A DNA stretch of 64,000 nt from Malacoraja senta (Eukaryota): positions 14,260,001-14,324,000 of the forward strand of contig CM075987.1 of NCBI GenBank assembly GCA_038087875.1. The letters are read 5' to 3'. Positions 1-12,477 of the stretch are shown here, piece by piece; the stretch's first letter is position 1; each line of letters starts with the position of its first letter. The translations under genes were made by a program, and so were the position numbers. The notes beneath the pieces were generated by a model. That model was given only the letters and a program-made list of their open reading frames with translations, had not been told where the DNA came from and did no database searches.

Positions 1-458
1 CCTTCTGAGATTAATGTTATTGATTTGTAGAAGGATTTTTGACATTTTTAAGTTGCAATTTGAAAACTTAAATTTAGTTACTGCTTAGAGTAATCCTTAA
101 TTATATTTACTCGTGTACTTTCCACATGTACTTTCCAAGGTCTTGTAATCCTTCAGCTACTTCCAACATTTTAAACTATTTATTTCACATAAGATGCAAT
201 CAATCCTGCATATAATCAACCAAATGCCTGTAAATTTGTTATTTGAATTTTTGGAGACCTTTTAAAATTGCCTGTTGCATTCAATTATGGTGCTGTAATT
301 TGCCTTTCTAAATCATTTTCACAATTTTCTATTTTCAGCTGACAAGGTCTAGATTTCTTATGGTTGTGCAGAAAACAGTATTGTGCATATGTTGTCCAAC
401 GAACCTACATAAGCACAAGTTCTATTTAGGTTGGTTCTACAATAGCAGAGACTCCGTT

Positions 459-494
459 CTGATATAATACTGATATAATACTGAAATAATACTG
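459..494. repeat. 11-bp tandem repeat (CTGATATAATA) x3.3
   Basis: Read directly. Confidence 0.9.
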
Positions 495-1059
495 CAATCT
501 TAATGTGAAGCAGCCACGATCACTTGCACAAGCACGTTTACAAAACAGCTGATAAGTTACACCAAGTAGATGGCTAGTCTGCTAGTGATCGAGACTATCC
601 AGTTTGGAGGTTAGCGCAATGCTATGGGCTAAAGCACTGGCTTGTATTTTCTGGGGAGGTCAAACTTATGAATGCTGAAATGTTTTGATTTCTTGTTTCA
701 AATGTTTGAAAATTCAGTTCCTTTCAAATTAGCTTCCATTTATTCAGCCAAGCCATTGTTTGATTACAAACAGGAAATCAATGCAGCATCCAAATTTGAT
801 TATTGTAAATCTTTCTATTTCTGAAATGAAGTGCACGTCTCAAGAAATTAATTAAAGGCCTAGGGATCGTCAAAGGTACAAAATCTGAACATTGCTGTTT
901 AACTTAACCAGCTCTCACTCATCACATCAGTGAAGTTACTTGTTCAGTCAGTATCGTGTTGTTCATTAGAACATTGCCATTTTTTGGCTATGTAGAAAGA
1001 GTCCTAGAATCAAAAGGACATAAATGCTTATAGGTTCCTAAAATGAATGAGGAATGACT

Positions 1060-2770
1060 ATAGTGTCATCAGAAACAGTTGTATATACACCTGGCTTGAG
1101 TTCATTTGTGTGGATGAGAAGCTAGGTCTGTTTTGCTTGAAGTAGGAGACATTTGGGGGTAGTTTAGTAGATTTCAAAATTCTGAAGAATTTAGGGGTAT
1201 AGAGAAATTCTACTTGTTGTCAACTTTATTTGTCACATACACATACAAGGTGTGCAGTGAAATGAAAGTGGCAATGCCTGCAGATTGTGCAAAAACTACA
1301 GAACAGAGTAGAACAGAATCAGTATTTACATATTAGAAAATATTTTTTTACAAAAGACACAACACAACAGTAAATTAGTACAGTAAATTAGTCCCTGGTG
1401 AGATAAGAGTTTACAGTCCAGATGGCCTGTGGGAAGAAACTCCGTCTCATCCTCTCTGTTTTCACAGCATGACAGCGGAGGCGTTTGCATGACTGTAGCA
1501 GCTGGAACAGTCCGTTGCTGGGGTGGTAGGGGTCCTGGTGTATAGGTCCTGCAGGGGGGCGAGTGTAGTTCCCATAGTGCGTTCGGCTGAACGTACTACT
1601 CTCTGCAAAGCCTTCCTGTCCTGGGCAGAGCTGTTCCCAAACCGGTTTGTGATGTTGCCAGACAAGATGCTTTCTACAGCCCCAGAGTAGAAGCACTGAA
1701 GGATCCTCAGAGAGACTCTGAATTTCCTCAGCTGCCTGAGGTGGTAAAGGGCGCTGTCTTGCCTTACTCATCAGTGCGGCAGTGTGTGTTGTCCATGTCA
1801 GATCCTCTGTGATGTGGACTCCCAGGTATTTAAAGCTGCTCACCCTATCCACAGTAGTCCCATTTATCTCCAGTGGCGTGTACGTCCTCGGATGTTGTGC
1901 CCTTCTAAAGTCCACAATCAGCTCCTTAGTTTTAGTGACATTCAAGAGGAGGCTGTTGTTCTGACACCAGAGTGCCAGATCAGCCACCTCCTCCCGGTAG
2001 GCCTTCTCATCGTTATCGGAGATCAGGCCCACCACCACAGTGTCATCAGCAAACTTGATGATGGAGTTGGAGCTGAACCTGGCCACAGTCATGTGTGTAC
2101 AGGGAGTACAGTAGGGGGCTAAGGACGCAACTCTGGGGGGGATCCTCTGTTCAGGGTGAGGGGGTTGGAGGTATGTCTCCCCACCTTGACCACCTGGGGC
2201 CTGGCGGTGAGAAAGTCCAGGAGCCAGGCACACAGGGGAGTGTTCAGCCCCAGTTCCAGCAGCTTCTCAGCAAGTCTGGTGGGGACTATGGTATTGAAAG
2301 CTGAACTGAAGTCAATGAACAGCATCCTCACATAGCCCCCCTTCTGGCTGTCAAGGTGAGAGAGCGGTGTGCAGAACCTGGGAGATGGCATCATCTGTGG
2401 ATCTGTTCGGACGATAAGCGAACTGCAGCGGGTCCATGTTGCGAGGAAGAAGGCGCAAATGTGGTTCTTGATCAGCCTCTCGAAGCATTTCATGACTACC
2501 GAGGACATGAATTTAAGATGATTGGTAATCCGAGGACATGAATTTAAGATGATTGGTAAAAGAATCAGACAGAAGAGGACATATTTTCTTCTAAAACAGT
2601 CTGAGACTTGTTGCCTGAAATGGAAGTGATAATAATATAGTATTAACATTCAAAAGGAATACGATAAAAAGTTTTTATAGAGCATTATGGAAGAAAAAGA
2701 ATATTAAATCGAAGCAACCAGTTATCGAATGCTGAACACTATTGGGCCCACGATTCTTTTCTCCTGCTGA
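1060..2770 (+). mobile_element. Old CR1 3' relic split by the Rex1 insertion (approx. 1060-1210 and 2499-2770)
   Basis: Degenerate similarity to the CR1 3' ends elsewhere in the window; boundaries approximate. Confidence 0.5.
1212..2498 (-). mobile_element. 5'-truncated Rex1/Babar-type LINE (RT, frameshifted)
   Basis: [22 protein letters not shown] and IIKFADDTVVVGLISDNDEKAYREEV..KTKELIVDFRR in ORFs 2119..2649 and 1388..2233; AATAAA near the 3' end. Confidence 0.85.
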
Positions 2771-2810
2771 ATAGTCACTATAACCTGTCCCTCCCTCTTT
2801 CCATACCCCT

Positions 2811-2834
2811 TATCTATCTATCTATCTATCTATC
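2811..2834. repeat. (TATC)6 microsatellite
   Basis: Read directly. Confidence 0.9.
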
Positions 2835-3290
2835 ACTTACCAGGCTTTGTCCTGCCCCCACCTCATCCAGCTTTCTCCTCCCTACTCTAATCAGTCTGAA
2901 GAAGGTTCCCCAACCAAAACATCACCTATCCACGTACTCTAGCGATGCTGTCTGACCTATCAGGTTAGATATTCTTATCAGGTTAGATTTTACAAAGAAT
3001 GGCTGCTAACATCAAATGATTCAAAAGATTTCACTCAAAGCAACGTCTACGGTAATTGGATATATTGGAGCTCTAGCCGGCAGTACGGAGGAACAGTGAG
3101 TCCATTGAGGATAAATTTCTTTCAAATCAAGGACATAGAACACAACGTGGCTGGACACTGAAATATCTGTACCATTAGTGCTGTTTTGTATTCGATTCTT
3201 GTTTTTAATCCATTGGTGTTACTTAGAATTTGTTGATGGCACATTCCTATTCGATTTGGAAAGAGCATTGAGATCCTGATCTCCAAATTA

Positions 3291-3490
3291 NNNNNNNNNN
3301 NNNNNNNNNNNNNNNNNNNNNNNNNNNNNNNNNNNNNNNNNNNNNNNNNNNNNNNNNNNNNNNNNNNNNNNNNNNNNNNNNNNNNNNNNNNNNNNNNNNN
3401 NNNNNNNNNNNNNNNNNNNNNNNNNNNNNNNNNNNNNNNNNNNNNNNNNNNNNNNNNNNNNNNNNNNNNNNNNNNNNNNNNNNNNNNNNN
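3291..3490. other. Assembly gap (200 N)
   Basis: Run of n. Confidence 1.
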
Positions 3491-3569
3491 CAATAATAAA
3501 CTCAAAGATCAAGGAATAAATTGGAACCAGTTTATCTTTTATGTGCATGTACAATAAGATCATCAGGTC

Positions 3570-4148
3570 AAAGGGCATGACACACGGAGCAGCTCAATCC
3601 TTCTGGAGTACAAGGCAGCTTCCGGCATACACTAGTAACACATGCAACACACATTCTTACCTGTTAAAAACTGCCAAAATGGTCAATTTTTGCGCAGTAA
3701 AAAATTGTGGGAATAGGGGTAACCGTGAGTGAAAACCGCCAAAATCACTGCTGCTCACTGACTTGCGAAAGAGCAGCGTGCCGGCAGATTGAGGGCAAGT
3801 CCTGGCCCACGACCGCCCAGGGATGGAGGGTGACTGAGCGCTCTAAACCCAAGCACCAAGGTGTAAGTGGCGGAAGGAGCGCATCCCTCGGGACAGCCCC
3901 CACTCTCCCCCCGGGGTCATCGCTGTCCGGCCACGGCCGCCCCCCGCCCCGTCTCCCCCTGTGCGGCCACACTGTCACTGGCTGTGGGTCGGCAGCGCCC
4001 ACACACGGGGCCGGGTGGAGCGGGGCCGCGGCTCTGGGCAGCGCACACACGGGGACGAAAACCCGGCAACGTCCCTGTCAGCTGCAGCAGAGTTGGAGAC
4101 TGTCTGGTCCCTCCGCCCACCCGGCGTCACTGACCGCGCTGCACCGGC
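3570..4148 (+). mobile_element. CpG-rich element with a THAP-like N-terminus (DNA transposon relic?)
   Basis: MVNFCAVKNCGNR (MxxxCxxxxC) from ATG at about 3679, then GC-rich sequence; no TIR pair found. Confidence 0.35.
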
Positions 4149-4260
4149 ACTCAACTCCATTTGTAATTCCTCTGCCCACTTGCGCAGCTGTTCGAGATCC
4201 TGCTATAATTTTTGTTAACCATCTTTAGTGTCTACATTACCACTCATTTTGGAGTCATCA
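4149..4260 (-). mobile_element. CR1 RT fragment
   Basis: Translates as DDSKMSG...QDLEQLRKWAEELQMEL with stops. Confidence 0.6.
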
Positions 4261-4812
4261 ATGAAGAACCAAAAAGATCATCAACCTGAAATGTTGACCT
4301 TTTCCCTCTTCACGGAAGCTGTCTGATCTGAGTATTATCTTTTTTAATTTCCTGGTATAAAAAATCTACGAGATTATCTCTCTTGTGTGCATGCAAGCTT
4401 TCTGTGAAAAACTTGTCTTGGTTTTGTTTGTAAGTTACCTCATGAATCCTCACTGGCAAATTTGGAATGATTAACATTTTCAATCTGATTATATCAAGCA
4501 CGTGATTGAATTTATTTTGAACTGACCATGAATACTTCACATTTATCTGGAACTAAACAAGCCGGGTTATCACTTGATTGGTTGTTATGTATAAACCTAT
4601 GGTCTGAACAAACAAGAGTTGAAATGTTGTCTGAGGAAAAGGCAGCTCAGTATATCTGATCAATTGATTACTAGGGAGAAAGTAGTCTGAGGGACAGTAG
4701 GTGGGAGGGAGAAATTTTCCTTAAAGTGCTTTTAAATGACCTGCACACAGTGCATTTGCCAGAATTTTATAAATGACCTATGAACCTTTCCTTTTTCTTT
4801 CTTTCTCCTCAG

Positions 4813-5067
4813 TTCAAGTCGGTTTTTAGATCCTATTCGCAGGACTTTGTTCCTCACCATCATACCTCTGCATCTCCTTCTCTTTGCACTATCTCCTCCC
4901 ACTTTCCGGCTGTGCACCAATCGAGGAGCTCCGATCTAACTTTGCCGGGCTCAGCTAGCATAGTGAAAGCTGCGGAACTGCTGGACTGCTCTCATGACAA
5001 TGCAAAGCCTGTTGTCGTCTGCCTCCCTCCTGAGTCTGCTTTTCCTAACTCTCTCCAAACTACTTCG
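4813..5067 (+). CDS. RAPGEF1: RAPGEF1 exon (FKSVFRSYSQDFVPHH...QTTS), phase 0/0 cassette-type
   Basis: Pyrimidine tract + AG at 4811-12, GTGAGA donor at 5068; 255 nt; KSVFRSYSQDFVPHH recalled from long C3G isoforms. Confidence 0.9.
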
Positions 5068-8000
5068 GTGAGAATTGCTTATGAATACTTCAGTGCTTTT
5101 CAAAACCTATACTTGTGATAAAACGTCCTAAATCTGCAACTGAAGTAGAAGAACTTGGTTGATATCTTTATAATTATTCTCCAACTTAAAACCAATTAAA
5201 TTAGCATTCTACATTTAAAGTGTGCTCTCTGTTCAAATGAAGATCATCTCCAGTGTGGTATTCATTTTTGAAAAGGTTGATTTCAGTAATTTGGTGTTTA
5301 TAACCAAATTGCTGGTAAGAAATGCAGCATCAATGATTTGGTTTTTTTAATGGTTATTTCAGCACGTCATATCTTGACTGAGCAAACCCGTCAGGTGTGT
5401 TAGTCAAATACCATCTGATGGATGTCATCAAAGTGCTAATGTCAGCAGTCCAAACCACCACTTATTTGCCACACCAAGCATTCTTTGCTTCCACACTTGT
5501 GATGTGTGCTGCACCAAATCCTAAATATGAAATGATGCGAATTATAATATTTGGGATGATGATCAATAAGAAATATACTAATGAGACCAGGTAGACCAGA
5601 ATGGTATGTAGCAAGTGTGTACATACAAGGAGGAAGAGTAACGAGGAGAAAAAAAGATAAAGAGATAGAAATATATCAGGGTTGCAATGTTCTGTGTAAT
5701 ACTAAAGTTGAGTACCTATGGACATCAAGTGGAATAGAAGGTAATGTTACAGTTTAATAGCAGCTTGGTTTAGACTGGTGCAAGACTGAATAAGTCTGAC
5801 TACAAAACTTCAATGTGTCAGGATATGTTTAGTAATGTTTATGTAATGTTATGTTTTAGTCCTGGTGATCTGAGTCATTTTGTTTTATGTAAATTATTAA
5901 TTTATGACTGAAGGAAATTATATTAATTTGATGATAATACCAAGTTTGGGTATTGCAGTGTGCTTAATCTAATGTCTTTTAGGGAAATAAACCTCTCCTA
6001 GGTCTTAAATCTGTGGGGAAAGATCAAATATCAATGGGGATGTCAAAATTTGAAACTAAGCTTTGATTATAATGGAGGCACTATTTAAATGCAAAGTCCC
6101 AAGTATTATAAACAACAGATTTGGAACATGTAATTGAAGACTTGGTTTGTATGGTATGTTTTATGGAGGATCTAGAGGGGAAAAAACTCTTAATTTAAAT
6201 CAAGACAGCTGGTACATCACAGTGGGGTGCTAAATCCACTCGATCAAGGACTTTGTCAGCAATAGCCGTGCAGTCTTCGTCGGTGCAGTTAGGAAGGAAG
6301 GCGATGGAGCCGTGGACTGGTCGCAACGTTGATGAGTGTCAGGAGGAGCCATGTGGGTCGGACGTGAACGTGCAAGAGGCAAACAAAACTTGGAACAACT
6401 TATCTTGGAACACTAAGAATTTTATGTGACCATGTTTTTGTAAAATGTAGACCGGCCAAGCAGGCACGGAATGGTCAAATAGATTTAAAAAATCAGATGA
6501 AAGTTGCAGAAGAGATCAACTGAAGCAGTGACAATTGCAAGTGAGATTAGAGGTGAATTAAGTAGTGTTAATAACCAAGTTCATGTGGATGAAAACGACT
6601 GACAAGAGTTCAGCTTCAGAAAATTTCTTGCTCGGAGGAGTAAACCCTCTACTGATGCTAATCTTAAGTAAAGCTTTGAGCTCAAAGGTGCCTTTATCTT
6701 GAAGTTGGTAACAAGAATACCGGGAAAAAATATGTTATCACTATTAATTTCTGTTCAGCCTTTCATATTTAACAAGTAGGGGGGACAAGAGGTGAACTTT
6801 TTAACCACCATTAGATAATATTGGGTATCGTACATCAGCGACTCCAACTAGCTCCTTGGATTGTTCAGAAATGTTCTAAATGTTGCATTGTTTGGATCAG
6901 TTAAATTTCAGCACGGAAATACAGACTGGCTAAATCTTCAATAACTTTTTTTAAAGTAACAGCTGGGTATAGATTTGTGATCAATAATCCTCAGGGAGTG
7001 TTAAGTTTTTCACGTGGATTTTTCATGGATGTCTGTTTTAAAGAAAATCCTGAAAAGTTAACATAATTCATGAATAAATGAATGTTGTTCACAGGATGTA
7101 CAAGTTGTAGAACTTTAAAAACATGGATGTCACCAGAGCCTTTGAGATACTTTAATAAACATTTCCGAAAAGAAGGATCTCGACCTGAAATTTCACCCAT
7201 TCTTTTTCTCCAGAGATGCTGCCTGTCCCCGCTGAGTTACTCCAGCATTTTGTGTATTATCTTTTTCGAAAAGAACTGTGCAAACAGATGAGATGTACAT
7301 TATACTGTGTAGCGAGAGGCTACTAAGCAATTGTTGAACCTTCCGGTCATATTATCTATGTACTATGGATTATTTTTTTCTAGTTCTGCATGCAATTTTC
7401 ATGATTTTTACGTAATTTAAGGGTTATTTTTTATGCTTCTTAGTTTCACCAAATTCGTTGCCGCATTAGTTTTATCAATTGAAGTCAATTTGTCACGAGG
7501 ATTCACAAGGAAAGGAAATTAATTGTAAGCATACTGAATCTCATTGTGACATTTCTTGGCAGAAAACCAGGTTCATAAAATCAGACTCTAGTTAATGGAT
7601 AGCTACAAATGTCAATTTGCTGATTTGACTTCTGAGCATTTTAAAGTGGAATCTCTAAATATTGCACACTCTCGAAAAAATTCTTCCCCACGTTCCCCTA
7701 TCACAGCAGTTAACTGTGCATATCTACCTAATCATGCAAATATTTGCTTTTCTGTAGTACTCCAGAAACAATTAATCTGATCCTATTGAGCGGATCATCA
7801 TCAAACTCAAACGCCAGATTTTGCCAGCTTGCTCCTGCACATAGAATCATCATGTGTGTTTCCAATCTCCCCCATATGTCAATACTTGGACAGATGAAAG
7901 AGACCCTTTCTCACAGGAACTCTGCACCCCGTGATCCAGCAGCATGAAGGCATTGGATGGTGCAGGGTTGGCCCTGCCCTGAATGCTCCACAGGTGGTGA

Positions 8001-8252
8001 GGTTGGAGGAGGACGAAGCTTTGGTGATGGAAGCTTCAGTTGATTTACTTTAATGTTCAGACTTTTAATATTAAAAAACAAACTCTGTGGCAGAGCATCT
8101 CAAGTGCCTTTTGGAATAAATAAATATGGGAGATTGAGCTGAAGATCAGTATTTGAGTGATGGGTTTGGCTGCATTTTGATTATTGTCTTGAGTTTGAAA
8201 ACCATTGTACACTGAAGCGAGAGTGAACATCTTGAGGCCTTCTCTCCTGTAG

Positions 8253-8345
8253 AGCGAGAGCAATAGTGAGGATGCTGGTGAGGGGGAATACGTTAATCTG
8301 TATTCGTCCAACCAAACCAATGGAGACCTCCCTCACTCTCAAGCA
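8253..8345 (+). CDS. RAPGEF1: RAPGEF1 exon (SESNSEDAGEGEYVNLYSS...QA), phase 0/0
   Basis: AG 8251-52, GTAAGT at 8346; 93 nt; AGEGEYVNLYSS motif of C3G. Confidence 0.9.
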
Positions 8346-10782
8346 GTAAGTAGCATCCGAAGCATGTTGAGTCTTTGGTGCTTGGCTCTAGAGGGAAGCA
8401 TGTTGGAATGGTTTTCTATTGTGCTGCTCATTTCATTGTGCTGTGAAACTCATCATTAATAAAATTAACATCAACCAACTGCTCACCCTGTAGTCTTTCA
8501 GTATTGGCCCCACTAAGAAGGTAGGGTATCACATGACCAATTTGCCTGGCAGCCATAAACCAATATGCGGTATGGCTAGGAATTTTGCTTCTTATCACCA
8601 AGATAACCTGGCTTTGTTTATTGAGATCTAATTGGCATTTATACCATTGGCAGCTGACTGAAACAAACATGGGCCAGCTTCCATAAATAGGTAAGCATGT
8701 TGCAAAATATTAGATGCAGTCCCTTTTTATTAAGCTTTCATCCTCAAAACCGACAGTGTCTTGGAGTCATCTTTAAAATCTATTTCCAATTCCAATATAT
8801 AGCCATTACATCAATGCAACCAAATATGCTACTTCATACTTATAGAAACATCAAAAATTTCATTTGGTATATGACAGCTGTGATAGTGAGGATTTGGCCA
8901 AAAATCGAGCTGCTTGTTGCCATGCTCGTTTTATTGTATGTGAGGTGCACATGCATAAAGAGTACCTCTGCCTGTATCTTAATTCACACAGCACAAGGTT
9001 TTTGATCTACAATGACTCAAAACTAAGCAATACTTCTAGTAAAACACTTATTCTGTTTTCAGTTTTCTTCTTGTGTTCACCCTCCTCTATTCTTTGCCAA
9101 CCGAGAAATTGAGTTGTGACATTTCTTTTAAGTTACCCTCTTGTTCATCTCTTCACTGTAATTGTTTCATCCATTGGAATCTTCTGCCAGAACCCTGTGC
9201 TGGAATTCTTTCTCTGGACAACTTTATCCCACTGTCCCTCCTTTAGGGTGTTCCTTAAAAATCTATTTTTTTTAACCAAGTTTTAATATAACTTTAATGG
9301 AGCAAAAGTTCCCAGTTCTCTTTTAGGTAGTGTCATTAAATAGTCAAAAGGCATTGAACAAGTCCCAGTTGTTTTGCCTGCCTTTGTTTGCTTGCCGCAT
9401 CTAATCAAGGTTGAATAAGAAGAACTTGGTTATGGCATTAGTATCCAGCGTCTCTCTCTATCTTATGCAGAAAAACATCTTGTATTGCATCATTTAAGAC
9501 GTTTAGAACAGAATAAATCTTGCTCTTTCAGGGCACACAACTAACGCAAACATTTTAATTTCTGCATAGGGTTTAGCTGTACACAAAATACTGAACTGCT
9601 TCTTTGTACTCATGTCAATGCTCAAAGTTGTAGTTGAGAAGACTGCGATTGTTGGTCATGGTGTAGCTTTTAACTTCTAAAACATGTGCTTTTAACATGC
9701 TTCATACTGCTCTACACATAACTGCTTGCATGGAGAGCGACTATTGGCCTTTAGACTACTTTCTCATATGGCTGCAGTGATGCAAATGGATTGATACAGC
9801 TTTTTACTCTAGCCTTTTGGCTTGACAATTTTGAGGGAACATATAGACATTTGTAGAATAGTAAACGTGACCAGTTTGTGGTTATTTGTCTGAGAGAAAT
9901 AAACCATTAAAGTTTTTATCCCCAGATGTATATTTAAAATCTAACCAGTTTCTCTACTGTGCACATCACTGTTTTTCCAAGAACCTGCGCCCTATTAATC
10001 TTAAATGCAATATAGGTAATATTTTTTTCAGATTGGGAACAAAATGACCACGCAATTAATTTGGGATTATAATTAGTTGACCTGTACATATTTAGTTAAC
10101 TATTGTAAGCGCTACAGCCTTTTGGAAATGCTTCACTTTTGATAGAGCTATGGATAAAATGCTCTCACTCCACAGTTTGACGGTCCAGTATGTGTTGTGC
10201 TTGTGTGTGGTAACAGTAGGCGTAACATTTAATGCTACAAAAGCTAAACAAGTATTTTATCCCCTACACTCCCCAGTGGACTATATCGCAGTAAGTTTTA
10301 TGCCTCGTATTAGTGGCTTCTACTACTACACTAATTTTTTTAAGCTATTTTGGGTACTAAATATCTCTTGGCACTCATGTAAGTGCTGACTGTAGCATTT
10401 TCCAAAAGTGTTTTTCTGCAGATTTATGTAATAGTTTAAAAAATAATATTCATAAAATCAATATAACAGATTCCAATGGATTTCTAAATACATCACCTTT
10501 TTAAAAGAGTTTCAACCAATTGGATAATTGACAAAGTTGCCAAAGATACATCTTGACTGTTCCTATATGAGACCACTCATGAAATTATTAAATATTATTT
10601 TCCATACTTTAATGGATAATTCTATGGCTGTGTCCATATTCAGCACTATTTTTTTGCAGATCATATTTTGGATATCATACAGTTTCCAATTGATATTTAG
10701 CACTTAAATTTGGCATTTTCTGGGGGAAAACAACCCAGTGTTAGTCATCGACCATTTTTATTCTTTCTTTCTGGCTATTCAG

Positions 10783-10806
10783 GAAATGCCGATGTGTGCT
10801 GATACT
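10783..10806 (+). CDS. RAPGEF1: Candidate 24-nt RAPGEF1 microexon (EMPMCADT)
   Basis: ttttattctttctttctggctattcAG acceptor, perfect GTAAGT donor, frame-preserving between phase-0 neighbours; no protein homology recognised. Confidence 0.55.
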
Positions 10807-11044
10807 GTAAGTGATTCCATCTTTAACTTTTGTCTTAAATTACACTAGTACCACTGTACTCGGCAGCTTTAGCACATTTTTAGACAGTTATCATCCGTAG
10901 TAGATAATATTTGAGAATACCTAATGTAGTCGAAAAGCTGTAGATGATGAAATGATTCTAACATAATTCAAAAGTGTGTTGATCAAATTTAATACCTAGT
11001 GATTTTCCCCCACACATTGCATAACCTACTTAATTTCATTCCAG

Positions 11045-11136
11045 GAGCCTGTAGAATCTTCTAACGAAGAAGAGATCCATCACAGTGATTCCCCAAAATC
11101 AACTAATGTAAAGGAAAACCAAGAAAGAAATGACAG
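11045..11136 (+). CDS. RAPGEF1: RAPGEF1 exon (EPVESSNEEE...ERNDR)
   Basis: ttccAG acceptor, GTGGGA donor; phase 0/2 fits the next exon; length and position match the C3G linker exon. Confidence 0.8.
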
Positions 11137-12219
11137 GTGGGATTGTTGATTTAAAGACCTAGACTCTTGGCATTCAGCAAAAAAAATCATGATTGCAAAA
11201 TTCTCCTGGAATGTAATAATCCACTTGACCATGAGCTGTCATTTGTTACCAGGGTGTGTACACGACTTCTGTCACGATACAATTTGGCTTCCAATCTTAA
11301 TTAAATGAACAAAAGGTGTGTTCATTAAATTTGGGATTTGTTCAGACACAAACTACTAAATAGATAATGAAAATCCAGTTCATACTCCAAAAGCGTGTAT
11401 ATTTTGTATTATTATTTGATTCAAAGCAAAACATTACTTTTTTTATCTTTAAGATTTGCCACAGCTAAGAAGAAATAGAATAATTTGAGTACAAACCCAA
11501 CCGCATTGAATTGAGACAATCGTGAATTTGTGAAGCGTTGTTTAAAAATAAATTAAAATGCTCAAGTAGATTTTGTAATACAGTTGCACAGCATGGAACC
11601 AGACCTGTTGGCCCATCGAGTTTGTGCTAATTATCAACCATCGCATTATATTTATTTGCCAATCACAGTGTGCTTTCACCACATTCTTGTGTAAATATAC
11701 AACTGAATAGAGGAATTTATAGAAGACTTATTTAAGTGACATTGGATAACTGTAAGATCTGACTCCAATGGGGAAGAGGATGCCAAAATTTGAAGTATGA
11801 TGGGAGGCGAGATTAGAAAAGGCCATGGTGGGATTTGTCCAAGAAAATGTTATATTGTTGAATATATTGGTGAATATACTGCTGGGGTAGGGATCGATTG
11901 ATGTATTAACTAAATGTGAAGATAAAGGCTAAAGAGCCCAAAAGAGCAATCTTGGTCTGTTTTGTAGTTTGTAGCAATTGGGAGTTTAGATGGGAACTAG
12001 TGATGATTAATGCAAACAAAAAAACATAAGAGGGTTCCTTTACATAGACTGCATTATCTGCAACTGTAGAGGCAAGGGTGGAAGGGAGAAGTTATGGGAA
12101 GCAGTCTTGTTAATGCCGTTATGCATCTTGGTTCCAGATCAGCCTAGGCTTCAAGCTTTCAGTACAGTACAAACTGAATGTAGGTCATGGCACCAGAGAG
12201 AGGTTTCAGCTATGATAAC

Positions 12220-12477
12220 TTTAGTTAAGTTTAGAGATGCAGCTTGAAAACGGGTATTTCAGCCCGAATCTGCACCGACCATCGATTACCTGTACGCACT
12301 AGTCTTACACACAAAGGGCAATTTACAGAGGCCATTTAACCTATAAACCTGCACGTCATTGGAAAATGGGAGGAAACTGGAGCACCCGGAGAAAACTTAT
12401 ACTGTTGCAGGGGGAATTAACAAACTCTGCTCGAACCCTCTTGCGCTGTGAAGCAGCAGCTCGATTGTTGCGCCACA
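12220..12477 (-). mobile_element. tRNA-derived V-SINE (HE1-like)
   Basis: tRNA-like head, V-domain-like core (ttttctccgggtgctccagtttcctccc on -), CR1-like tail. Confidence 0.7.

Noticed and set aside
459-494. Short direct repeats as a CRISPR-like array
   Set aside because: Eukaryotic DNA; contiguous tandem units with no spacers
3122-3578. ORFs spanning the N run
   Set aside because: Artefacts of the assembly gap
3707-4228. 173-aa ORF and overlapping ORFs on both strands
   Set aside because: Expected from high GC content; low-complexity products with no recognisable domain
7890-8000. Possible extra RAPGEF1 exon
   Set aside because: In-frame stops from the plausible acceptors; no homology recognised
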